Source: Tabrizicola flagellatus (GTDB lineage: Bacteria; Pseudomonadota; Alphaproteobacteria; Rhodobacterales; Rhodobacteraceae). Taken from it: DNA of 64,000 nucleotides. The stretch is taken from the NCBI RefSeq assembly GCF_046295235.1, contig NZ_JBKBLV010000003.1, positions 39,589 through 103,588 on the forward strand, read 5' to 3'. The notes below the pieces were generated by a model that worked only from the letters and a program-made list of their open reading frames with translations, did not search any database and was not told the DNA's origin. Positions 52,958 to 61,688 of this stretch are shown here, one piece after another (position 1 is the first letter of the stretch; each line of letters opens with the position of its first letter). A program made the position numbers and the translations under genes.

Positions 52958-54625
52958 ATGCCGCCGATCTCGACCCCGCACAGCCTGTTCGGTCCGGCAC
53001 CCGCAGCGCCGAGGGCCGAAGCGGCGGGGGCCTCTCAGTCGGGCTACTGCTATCTGTTCCCGGATCTGGCCCAGCGGGCCGATGTCGGCTGCTTTCGCGG
53101 CACCACTCCGGCCGAGACCTTCCGGCGGCTCAGGGCCTTCGAGAAGGACAGCCGCACCGCCCTGACCACGCCGCAGGTTCTGCCGATGCGGCTGGCGCCG
53201 GTCTACACCTACTTCGGACAGTTCGTGAACCACGACATCTCGGCCCCGGTGGGCGATGTGGTCACGCGGCCCGCTCCGCCCGAGGGCACCGGCGTGATCG
53301 ACGCCGGGCTGCCGCCCGGGCTGGACCGGGTCCACCGGGCCTCGCCCAGGGTGATCCTGGCGAATTTCGTCAACGAACAGGCCGAGCCCCTGGCGCTGGA
53401 CAGCCTGTACGGCGACGGGCCGGACAGCGCCGACCCGGGGATCCGGGCGCTTTATGCCACGGACGGCAAGCGGTTCCGGCTGGGCAGGACCAGGCGCGAG
53501 CCGCCGGAATTCTTTGAGGAAAAGGGCCTGAAGCCCGCGCGCATCCATCACGACTGGGACGCGCCCGACATCCTGCGCCGGGACGGGCAGCCGCTGATCG
53601 CCGACCGGCGGAACGACGAGAACCTGATCGTCAGCCAGCTGCACCTGGCGCTGATGCTGGTCCACAACAAGGCCGTCGCCGCGCTGGAAGGCGAGGCCCC
53701 GGATGCGGCGACCTGTTTCGCCCGCGCCCGGCAGCTGGTCACGCTGCATTACCACTGGCTGATCCTGCACGATTTCCTGACGAACCTCCTGTCGCCTGCC
53801 ACTCTGGCGACGCCCTTCGCCAACCGGGCGCAGAAGCTGCCCGGCCCGCGGCTGGTACCCCTGGAATTCACCACTGCCGCATTTCGCTTTGGCCATTCCA
53901 TGGTCGGGGCCAGCTATGACTTCAACCGCAACTTCGGCCACGGCGGGCGGATCGACCGCCGGGGGGCCAAGCTGCAGGACCTGTTCGACTTCACCACCCA
54001 TCGCAACATGGGCCAGCCGGGCATGGCCGAGACGCTGCAACTGCCCGACCACTGGGTGATCGACTGGAACCGGATGACCCGGACGCCGAAGGGCGCCACC
54101 GGGGCCGAGCGGATCGACCTGACCTTCGCGCCGGGGATGCTGAGCGCGATGGGCACCTCCGAGATCGCCGTGCACGGGTCGATCCTGTTCCGCAACCTGA
54201 TGCGCGGCTTCCAGCGCCGGATCGCCTTTGGCCAGGTGCTGGCCGAGGCCTGCGGGCTGGAGGCGCTGGACGAGAACCAGCTGCGCGACGCGCTGCCGGA
54301 AAGCGCGCCGGGCATGCTGGGGCTGCGCGAGCTGGCCGAGGAGCTGGGCATGCTGGCCGAGACCCCGGCCTGGCTGTATGTCCTGGCCGAGGCGCGGCAC
54401 CATGGCGCGGGCGAGCGGCTGGGTCCGGTCGCCAGCGAGATCATCGCCGACACGATCATCGGCCTGATGCGCCACATGCCGCAGTCGATCCTGAACCATC
54501 AGGGCGGCGGTTGGCATCCGAGACTGAGCCCGCTCAAGGGCCCAGGCAAACGGGCGCTGACCTCGCTGCGATCCTTCCTGCGCTTTGCCGTGCAGGATTC
54601 CCACATGGATGTCGCGCCGGCGTGA
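52958..54625 (+). CDS. Animal-type heme peroxidase (peroxidase-cyclooxygenase superfamily)
   Basis: YTYFGQFVNHD (distal Gln/His), RRNDEN (distal Arg/Glu), AFRFGHSM (proximal His), TPAWLYVLAEA, LGPV. Confidence 0.9.
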   Translation: MPPISTPHSLFGPAPAAPRAEAAGASQSGYCYLFPDLAQRADVGCFRGTTPAETFRRLRAFEKDSRTALTTPQVLPMRLAPVYTYFGQFVNHDISAPVGDVVTRPAPPEGTGVIDAGLPPGLDRVHRASPRVILANFVNEQAEPLALDSLYGDGPDSADPGIRALYATDGKRFRLGRTRREPPEFFEEKGLKPARIHHDWDAPDILRRDGQPLIADRRNDENLIVSQLHLALMLVHNKAVAALEGEAPDAATCFARARQLVTLHYHWLILHDFLTNLLSPATLATPFANRAQKLPGPRLVPLEFTTAAFRFGHSMVGASYDFNRNFGHGGRIDRRGAKLQDLFDFTTHRNMGQPGMAETLQLPDHWVIDWNRMTRTPKGATGAERIDLTFAPGMLSAMGTSEIAVHGSILFRNLMRGFQRRIAFGQVLAEACGLEALDENQLRDALPESAPGMLGLRELAEELGMLAETPAWLYVLAEARHHGAGERLGPVASEIIADTIIGLMRHMPQSILNHQGGGWHPRLSPLKGPGKRALTSLRSFLRFAVQDSHMDVAPA

Positions 54626-54762
54626 TCGGCCCGGCAACGGGCTGGACAGAGGCAAGGTTTCGCTTCATAGACGCGCTCGTCGGGCGAGGTGCGCCGCGCC
54701 GGTCCCGGCCAGCTACGCAACGAAGATGCGCCGGTAACGGCCGAGCAGAGACGCCTTCGCCC

Positions 54763-55251
54763 ATGACCCCTGACCCGATCCCGTCACACCCGCGGTCGCC
54801 CGCCCTGGCCCGCCGTTTGGCCCTGGTCCTGATCCTGCCGCTGGGGGCCTGCGCCGACGCAACCAGCACCATGCAGCTTTACCCGCTGTCGGGCGAGATC
54901 GCGGATGCCGATCCGACCCTGGTCATCAAGGCGGTGGCGAAGAATACCAACAGCACCTCCGGCCCCCTGACCTTCCGCCTGCCCAAGCGCGGCAAGTGCA
55001 CCGGCACCTGGACCTCGCTGACCCCGCGGGTGGTGTCGAACTCGCAGGGGATGGCGCTGACGCTGAAGAAGACCGGGGGCGAGGTCGGCACCAAGCGCGA
55101 GACCGTGGCCGGGGTGAACAACGGCGAGATCTATGCCGTCTGCGACGACGGCACCCGGGTGCAGGGCACCTTCGTCATCGGGTCGGGCACGGCCAGCGGC
55201 ACGGGCCAGGCCAGCGACACCAACGGCAACGTCTACAAGCTTCTGTTCTGA
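54763..55251 (+). CDS. Putative lipoprotein
   Basis: Lipobox LGAC after a hydrophobic stretch, Gly/Thr-rich beta-type mature part. Confidence 0.7.
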   Translation: MTPDPIPSHPRSPALARRLALVLILPLGACADATSTMQLYPLSGEIADADPTLVIKAVAKNTNSTSGPLTFRLPKRGKCTGTWTSLTPRVVSNSQGMALTLKKTGGEVGTKRETVAGVNNGEIYAVCDDGTRVQGTFVIGSGTASGTGQASDTNGNVYKLLF

Positions 55252-55257
55252 CGGCCG

Positions 55258-56376
55258 TCAGGTCGGCCGGCGCCCGGAGAGGGCGTCGTCCAGCACCGCG
55301 CGGACGGCTTCGGTCGGCACGTCCTCGGCCACGAAGGCCCGTCCGATCCCGCGCGCGAGGATGAAGCGCAACCGGCCGTCCACCACCTTCTTGTCCTGCC
55401 CCATCAGCGCGATCAGCGCCTCGGCCCCCGGCAGATCGCCCGGAATGTCGGCCAGATCGACCTTCATCCCCATCGCCGCCAGATGCGCCCGGACGCGCGA
55501 GGGTTCCTCCTGGCTGCACAGACCCAGCCGCGCCGACAGCGCGAAGGCCAGCGTGCAGCCGATCGCCACGCCTTCGCCGTGCAGCAGGCGGTCGGAATAG
55601 CCGGTGGCCTTTTCCAGCGCGTGACAGAAGGTGTGGCCAAGGTTCAGGAGCGCGCGCTCGCCTTCCTCTGTTTCGTCACGAGAAACGATCCCGGCCTTCA
55701 TCTCGACCGACCGCGTCACCGCTCGCAGCCGTGCGGCCGGATCGCCCGCCCGGATCGCGGGGCCGTCGCGTTCCAGCCAGCCGAAGAAGGCGGCATCGCC
55801 GAGAAGGCCGTATTTCACCACCTCGCCATAGCCCGACAGGAAATCGCGGTCGGGCAACGTGTCGAGGACGGAAATGTCGGCGAGCACGAGGCTTGGCTGG
55901 TGGAAGGCGCCGACGAGGTTCTTGCCTTGCGCGGTGTTGATCCCGGTCTTGCCGCCGACCGAGCTGTCCACCTGCGCAAGAAGCGTCGTCGGCAATTGCA
56001 CGAAACGCACCCCACGGCGCAGGATCGCGGCGGAAAAGCCCACGAGGTCGCCGATCACCCCGCCGCCGAAGGCCAGCACCACGTCGCGGCGTTCGACCTT
56101 CTGCTCCAGCAGCCATTCGGTGCAGCGGGCGAGGTTTTCCCAGTTCTTCGTGCCCTCGCCCGGCGGCAGGGCCAGCGCGGCAGAGGCGATGCCCGCAGCC
56201 TGAAGCGCCGCGGTCAGCGCCGGCAGGTGGCGGGCGGCGACGGTTTCCTCGGTGACGATGGCCACACGGGGACGACGCAAGAGCGGCGCGATCTCCTCGC
56301 CCGCGCGCGCGATCAGGCCGGGGCCGATCCGCACCTCGTAGGACCGATCCCCCAGATCCACCGCAACCCTGTTCAA
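55258..56376 (-). CDS. aroB: 3-dehydroquinate synthase
   Basis: GGGVIGD, PTTLLAQVDSSVGGKTG, LNLGHTFCHA. TTG start overlaps the aroK stop. Confidence 0.97.
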   Translation of the reverse strand: MNRVAVDLGDRSYEVRIGPGLIARAGEEIAPLLRRPRVAIVTEETVAARHLPALTAALQAAGIASAALALPPGEGTKNWENLARCTEWLLEQKVERRDVVLAFGGGVIGDLVGFSAAILRRGVRFVQLPTTLLAQVDSSVGGKTGINTAQGKNLVGAFHQPSLVLADISVLDTLPDRDFLSGYGEVVKYGLLGDAAFFGWLERDGPAIRAGDPAARLRAVTRSVEMKAGIVSRDETEEGERALLNLGHTFCHALEKATGYSDRLLHGEGVAIGCTLAFALSARLGLCSQEEPSRVRAHLAAMGMKVDLADIPGDLPGAEALIALMGQDKKVVDGRLRFILARGIGRAFVAEDVPTEAVRAVLDDALSGRRPT

Positions 56377-56918
56377 CTTGCGTCCTCCAGCACATCCGGC
56401 CGTGATTTCAGCGCCTCGCGCACCCGTCTGGCCATCTCCTCGATGGACTTGTCCGGCTGGCTTTCCACCACGATGTCGGCCAGCGCATAGAACGGCTGAC
56501 GCGCCTCGTAAAGCTGGCGCAGCGTCTCGCGCGGGTTGGGGGTGCGCAGAAGCGGCCGCGTCGTCTTGTGCCGCACGCGCTGCCACAGAAGGTCGAGGTC
56601 CGCCTTCAGCCAGACCGAGACTCCGACATCGTGAATCAGCTTGCGGTTCGCCTCGGACAGGAAGGCGCCGCCGCCGGTGGACAGGATGCAGGGCGTGCCG
56701 CGCAGGAGACGGGCGATGACCTCGGTCTCGCGGGCGCGGAAGAAGGGTTCGCCGTCGCGTTCAAAGATCTCGGCGATGGAGCGGTTGGCGGCGCGGACGA
56801 TCTCTTCGTCGCTGTCGCGGAACTCCACCCCCAGCTGACGGGCAAGGGCGGTGCCGACGGCCGTCTTGCCCGCACCCATCATCCCCACCAGCACAACCGT
56901 CTTCGCCAGCCCCGCCAT
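56373..56918 (-). CDS. aroK: Shikimate kinase
   Basis: GMMGAGKT, FRARE, STGGG, RPLL. Confidence 0.96.
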   Translation of the reverse strand: MAGLAKTVVLVGMMGAGKTAVGTALARQLGVEFRDSDEEIVRAANRSIAEIFERDGEPFFRARETEVIARLLRGTPCILSTGGGAFLSEANRKLIHDVGVSVWLKADLDLLWQRVRHKTTRPLLRTPNPRETLRQLYEARQPFYALADIVVESQPDKSIEEMARRVREALKSRPDVLEDAS

Positions 56919-57118
56919 GTCCCTCCGGTTCCCGCCGCGCCGTTCCCGGGCAAGGACTTGCCGACAGGAAATCTTTCCCCCTCAATGGCGTGAACTCTTG
57001 CCGAATGCTATATACATTCGCACGGATACCTGCGACGGGCGCCCCGAAGGGCGGACCGGCGCGGCAACAAGCGCCCATGGGATGAAGCCCATGGCAGAAG
57101 TCGAGGAAGGGCTATCAC

Positions 57119-57256
57119 ATGGGTCGGATCATCAAGGCTTTCCTGTTGCTGGTGATTCTTGGCTTCCTCGGGCTGACCGTCTATGCCTATCTGGGCGACC
57201 TGACCCCGGTGCAGGGCGAGGTCAAGAAGCCAGTGGTGTTGAATGCGGACGGGTAG
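57119..57256 (+). CDS. 45-aa single-TM small protein (absent from the ORF track)
   Basis: MGRIIKAFLLLVILGFLGLTVYAYLGDLTPVQGEVKKPVVLNADG. GAGGAAGG RBS. Overlaps the start of the next gene. Confidence 0.7.
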   Translation: MGRIIKAFLLLVILGFLGLTVYAYLGDLTPVQGEVKKPVVLNADG

Positions 57257-58811
57257 TGCCGGTGTCCTTTTCCTGATCCTGTCGCTGCAGCCGGCCCCGG
57301 CGCAGGAGGCCGGCACCACCGGCGGGCCGCTTTCGGCGATCGACTGGCTGTCGCAATCGGTGGCAACCCCGGCGACCGCCGTCCCGGAGGCTGGCACCAC
57401 CAAGCCGGACGAGCCGCCAGTCGCCGCTGCCGGAAGCGCCCTGCCCTCGACTGTAACGACATCCTCGCTGGACGGGCCCTCACCAGACGGCGTGGGGCTG
57501 ATCGCCCCGGCAGCGTCCGGCTTGCCGCGCAACCTTTGGGGTGCCGGCCTGACCCGCGAAATCGCCGAAAGCCTGGTCACGCATCCCGACGACGCGCTGC
57601 CGGCGCTGCGCCAGCTGTTCCTGACGATCCTTCTGGCCGAACTGGAGGCTCCGGCAGATGCCGGAGGCCGGGGCGAGCTCCTTCTGGTGCGCGTCGACAA
57701 GCTGCTTGCGCTGGGGGCGCTGGAACAGGCAGCGGCGCTGATCGAGGCGGCGGGGGTCACGACGCCCGAACTTTTCCGCCGGAGCTTCGACGTGGCGCTG
57801 CTGACGGGGTCCGAGGACCGCGCCTGCGCAAGCATGGCCAGCAAACCTCACCTGGCGCCGACGCTTCCTGCGCGTATCTTCTGCCTGGCGCGGTCGGGCG
57901 ACTGGGACACCGCCGCGCTTACCATCCGCACCGCAAGCGCGCTGGGACAGATCAGCCCCGACCAGGAGGCGCTGCTGTCACGCTTCCTCGACCCCGACCT
58001 CTACGAGGGCGAGCCGGTGCCGCCGGCGCCGAACCCGGTCACGCCGCTCGACTGGATGATCTATGCCGCAATCGGCGAGCCGCTACCGACAGACGGCCTG
58101 CCGATCGCCTTCTCCTATGCCGAATTGGGGCCACGGTCGGGCTGGAAGGCCCGGATCGAGGCGGCCGAGCGGCTGACCCGCGCCGGAACCATCCCTCCGA
58201 ACGTCATCCTCGGACTCTACACCGAAAGCACCCCGGCCGCATCCGGCGGGGTCTGGGACCGTGCGGCGGCCTTCCAGGCCTTCGATGCCGCCATCGCCTC
58301 GGGCAGTGCAGAGCGCGTCGCGGCCACGCTTCCCGCTGTCTGGGCCAGGATGCAGGAGGTCGAGCTGGAGGTGCCCTTTGCCACGCTTTACGCCAAGGCG
58401 CTGCTGGACCTCCCACTGGCCGGAGAGGCAGCGGCCATCGCCTTCCGGGTCGGCCTTCTGTCGCCGCAGTCCGAGACCTGGGCGCGGCAGGCCAGCCCGG
58501 CCACGCCGGAAGACGCCTTCCTGACCGCGATCGCGCTTGGCCGCGGGGCCGAGGCGCTGCCGCCCGACAGCATGGGGCGGGCGATCTCGGCCGCCTTCCG
58601 CGCCCCTGCCCCTTCGACCGAGGGACAGCGGCTGCTGGACGAGAACCGCACCGGCGAGGCGGTCCTGGTCGCCATCGACAGCATCGGGCGCGGCGTCAAG
58701 GGCGACCTGCGCGGTGTGACAGAAGGCCTGTCGATCCTGCGGCTCGCGGGACTGGAGGCCGTGGCCCGGCGCACGGCGCTGGAGTTGATGATCCTGGAAC
58801 GCAGGGGCTAG
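57243..58811 (+). CDS. Exported hypothetical protein upstream of xerD
   Basis: Signal-like N-terminus, Ala-rich helical body, apparent operon with xerD. Confidence 0.8.
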   Translation: MRTGSAGVLFLILSLQPAPAQEAGTTGGPLSAIDWLSQSVATPATAVPEAGTTKPDEPPVAAAGSALPSTVTTSSLDGPSPDGVGLIAPAASGLPRNLWGAGLTREIAESLVTHPDDALPALRQLFLTILLAELEAPADAGGRGELLLVRVDKLLALGALEQAAALIEAAGVTTPELFRRSFDVALLTGSEDRACASMASKPHLAPTLPARIFCLARSGDWDTAALTIRTASALGQISPDQEALLSRFLDPDLYEGEPVPPAPNPVTPLDWMIYAAIGEPLPTDGLPIAFSYAELGPRSGWKARIEAAERLTRAGTIPPNVILGLYTESTPAASGGVWDRAAAFQAFDAAIASGSAERVAATLPAVWARMQEVELEVPFATLYAKALLDLPLAGEAAAIAFRVGLLSPQSETWARQASPATPEDAFLTAIALGRGAEALPPDSMGRAISAAFRAPAPSTEGQRLLDENRTGEAVLVAIDSIGRGVKGDLRGVTEGLSILRLAGLEAVARRTALELMILERRG

Positions 58812-58817
58812 GCGGCC

Positions 58818-59762
58818 ATGCCCGACCCCGAGTCGAGCCGGTGGATCTCGACCTTCCTGGACGCAAGGGCCGCCGACCTCGGGGCGGCGCGCAACACGCA
58901 GTTGGCCTATGGCCGGGATCTTGTGGATTTCGCCGACTGGCTGAACCGCCGCGGGTCGGACCTGGCCGGGGCCGACCGTGCGGCGGTCGAGGACTACCTC
59001 GTGCGCTGCGACGCCGAGGGCCTGTCGCAGGCCACCCGCGCGCGGCGGCTGTCCTCGATCCGGCAGCTTTACCGCTTTGCCTTCGAGGAAGGCTGGCGCG
59101 CCGACAATCCCGCGCTGCGGCTGACCGGCCCCGGCAAGGCGCAGGGCCTGCCGAAGACCCTGAGCGAGGCCGAGGTCGCGCGGCTGATGGAGGCCGCCCG
59201 GACCCGGGGCCGGACGGAAGCCGACCGGCTGCGCGACACGGCGCTGTTCGAGTTGCTCTATGCCACCGGCCTGCGCGTCAGCGAACTGGTCGGCCTGCCG
59301 GTGGCGGCGGTGCGCGGCGATCCCCGGATGATCCTGGTGCGCGGCAAGGGCGACAAGGAGCGGATGGTGCCCCTGTCCACCCCTGCCCGCGCGGCGCTGG
59401 CGGCTTGGCTTGCCCACCGGGACAGGGCCGAGGAGGCCGCGCGACAGCAAGGGCGCGCGCCGTCGCGCTTTCTCTTTCCCGGCGAAGGGCGCGAGGGGCA
59501 TCTGACACGGCAGTACTTCCACGCGCTGGTGAAGGATGTTGCGGTGCTGGCCGGGATTTCGCCGGCCCGCGTCACGCCGCATGTGCTGCGCCATGCCTTC
59601 GCAACGCATCTTCTGGCCAACGGCGCGGACCTGCGGGTGATCCAGACCCTCCTGGGCCACGCCGATGTGTCCACGACCGAGATCTACACCCATGTGCTGG
59701 ACGACCATCTGAAGGACCTTGTCCTGACCCGCCACCCCCTGGCCCGCAAGACCCGAGACTGA
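58818..59762 (+). CDS. xerD: Tyrosine recombinase XerD
   Basis: LYATGLRVSEL, VRGKGDKERMVP, TPHVLRHAFATHLL, LLGHA, TEIYTHV. Core-genome context. Confidence 0.92.
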   Translation: MPDPESSRWISTFLDARAADLGAARNTQLAYGRDLVDFADWLNRRGSDLAGADRAAVEDYLVRCDAEGLSQATRARRLSSIRQLYRFAFEEGWRADNPALRLTGPGKAQGLPKTLSEAEVARLMEAARTRGRTEADRLRDTALFELLYATGLRVSELVGLPVAAVRGDPRMILVRGKGDKERMVPLSTPARAALAAWLAHRDRAEEAARQQGRAPSRFLFPGEGREGHLTRQYFHALVKDVAVLAGISPARVTPHVLRHAFATHLLANGADLRVIQTLLGHADVSTTEIYTHVLDDHLKDLVLTRHPLARKTRD

Positions 59763-59778
59763 CCGACCGAAGGACCCA

Positions 59779-61083
59779 ATGCCCGACGCCTCGCTTGACA
59801 CCGCCTTCTGGCTGACCACCGCCGCCATTCTGGGGCTATTGGTCCTGTCCGCCTTCTTCTCCGGTTCCGAAACAGCGCTGACTGCGGCCTCGCGGGCCAA
59901 GCTGAAGGCGCAGGCCGACAAGGGATCGCGCGGGGCGAAGGCCGCGATGGTGGTCACCGAGGACCGCGAGCGGATGATCGGCGCGCTGCTTCTGGGCAAC
60001 AACATCGTCAACATCTTGTCCGCCGCGCTGGCGACGGCGCTGTTGACGCGGCTGTTCGGCGACAGCGGCGTGGCGCTGGCAACGCTGGTCATGACCCTGC
60101 TGGTGCTGATCTTCGGCGAGGTGATGCCCAAGACCGTCGCCATCACCTTCCCCGAGCCGGTCGCGACCCGGGTTGCCCCGGTGATCGGGGTGCTGATCCT
60201 GGTCTTCTCGCCCGTCGTCGCCGTGGTCCGGGCGCTGGTGCGCGGCATCCTGCGGCTGTTCGGGCTGAAATCCGAGGAAGGCAGCGCCATGCTGGCCCTG
60301 CGCGAAGAGATCGCCGGGGCCATCGCGCTGGGACACTCCGAGGGCGCGGTGGAGAAGGAGGACCGCGACCGCCTGCTGGGCGCGCTCGACCTTGGCCACC
60401 GCACGGTGGACGAGATCATGCGGCACCGCCGCCAGATCGAGATGATCGACGCCGACCTGCCACCGGGCGAGATCATCACCCGGGTGCTTGCCTCGCCCCA
60501 CACCAGGCTGCCAATCTTCCGCGAGAGCGACGACAACATCCTGGGCGTGATCCACGCCAAGGACCTTCTGCGCGAGGTGGACCGGCTGGTCCGCGGCGAG
60601 GACGGGTCGGTCGAGGGGATCGAGGCGCTGAAGATCGAGAAGGTGGCGATGAAACCCTATTTCATCCCCGACACGACGACCCTGGACGAACAGATGCGCG
60701 AGTTCCTGGCGCGGCGGACGCATTTCGCGCTGGTGGTGGACGAATACGGCGCGTTGCAGGGGCTGATCACGCTGGAGGACATCCTGGAGGAGATCGTCGG
60801 CGACATCACCGACGAGTTCGACGTGGTGAAGAAGGATTCGGGCCTGACCCAGACCGAGGACGGCGCCTATATCGTCGATGGCGCGATGACGATCCGCGAC
60901 CTGAACCGGGCGATGGACTGGCGCCTGCCGGACGACGAGGCGAACACGGTGGCGGGCCTCGTGATCCACGAAGCGCAGATGATTCCGAACGAGGGCCAGG
61001 TGTTCAGCTTCCACGGCTTCCGCTTCACCGTGGTGCAGCGGCGCGAGAACCGGATCACGAAGCTGAAGCTGCGCCCGCTCTGA
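59779..61083 (+). CDS. HlyC/CorC (CNNM-CBS-CorC) transporter
   Basis: SAFFSGSETAL, IFGEVMPK, CBS pair, LEDILEEIVG, CorC domain. Confidence 0.93.
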   Translation: MPDASLDTAFWLTTAAILGLLVLSAFFSGSETALTAASRAKLKAQADKGSRGAKAAMVVTEDRERMIGALLLGNNIVNILSAALATALLTRLFGDSGVALATLVMTLLVLIFGEVMPKTVAITFPEPVATRVAPVIGVLILVFSPVVAVVRALVRGILRLFGLKSEEGSAMLALREEIAGAIALGHSEGAVEKEDRDRLLGALDLGHRTVDEIMRHRRQIEMIDADLPPGEIITRVLASPHTRLPIFRESDDNILGVIHAKDLLREVDRLVRGEDGSVEGIEALKIEKVAMKPYFIPDTTTLDEQMREFLARRTHFALVVDEYGALQGLITLEDILEEIVGDITDEFDVVKKDSGLTQTEDGAYIVDGAMTIRDLNRAMDWRLPDDEANTVAGLVIHEAQMIPNEGQVFSFHGFRFTVVQRRENRITKLKLRPL

Positions 61084-61621
61084 GCCGGGGTTTCAGGTCC
61101 GCCACCCACGCGTCCAACGTCGTCCCCAGCGCCGCCCAGTCGGTATATTCCTTGTCCTTGCCGGGTTCCACCGTCTCGCCCTTCATGTCCGCGATGCGGC
61201 GCATCGCCCAGGCGCGGAAAAAATCGTATTCGGAAAAGCGGAAGGCCCCGGCGACATGCTCCACCCGACCGGGGGTCCAGCCGGTTTCAAGCTCGAACTC
61301 GGCCAGGCACTTGCGCAGGCCGGCCCAGTCCTCGGCATCCTGCCCCGCGGCCGATAGCGAGACCGAGAGGAACAGCGTGGGCATCAACGCCAGGTTCACC
61401 CTGTCGGCCGAGGCGAAGCGGGTCAGCGCCTTCTGATAGCCCCCGGCATGGAGCGAGCCGGCAAGGATCGCGGCGTCGAAGCGGGCGAGGTCCAGCCCTT
61501 CGGCATCCTCGAGGTTCAGAAGTTCGACTGCATGGCCCTGCCCCGCCAGCCGGTCGGCGGCAAAGCGGGCGATCTTGCGGGTCTGGCCGTCGGTCGTGGC
61601 ATAGGCGATCAGGATCTGCAT
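61055..61621 (-). CDS. Flavodoxin-domain protein (HemG-like)
   Basis: IAYATTDGQTRKI, LFLSVSL, EYTDW. Confidence 0.8.
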   Translation of the reverse strand: MQILIAYATTDGQTRKIARFAADRLAGQGHAVELLNLEDAEGLDLARFDAAILAGSLHAGGYQKALTRFASADRVNLALMPTLFLSVSLSAAGQDAEDWAGLRKCLAEFELETGWTPGRVEHVAGAFRFSEYDFFRAWAMRRIADMKGETVEPGKDKEYTDWAALGTTLDAWVADLKPRLRAGAASAS

Positions 61622-61688
61622 GGGGCGCCCTCCTTTCGGGATGCGCGTCCCGCATATCAGGGGACGGACGGTCGCGCCCTGATCTGGC

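Noticed and set aside
48749-55251. Recent horizontal acquisition of the YcaO block
   Set aside because: There are no flanking direct repeats, tRNA or mobility genes, and by eye the large genes have host-like high-GC codon usage. It cannot be supported without comparative genomes.
58818-59762. Tyrosine recombinase as a phage or island integrase
   Set aside because: It has typical XerD length and motifs in a core aroK/aroB-corC context, with no att sites or cargo.
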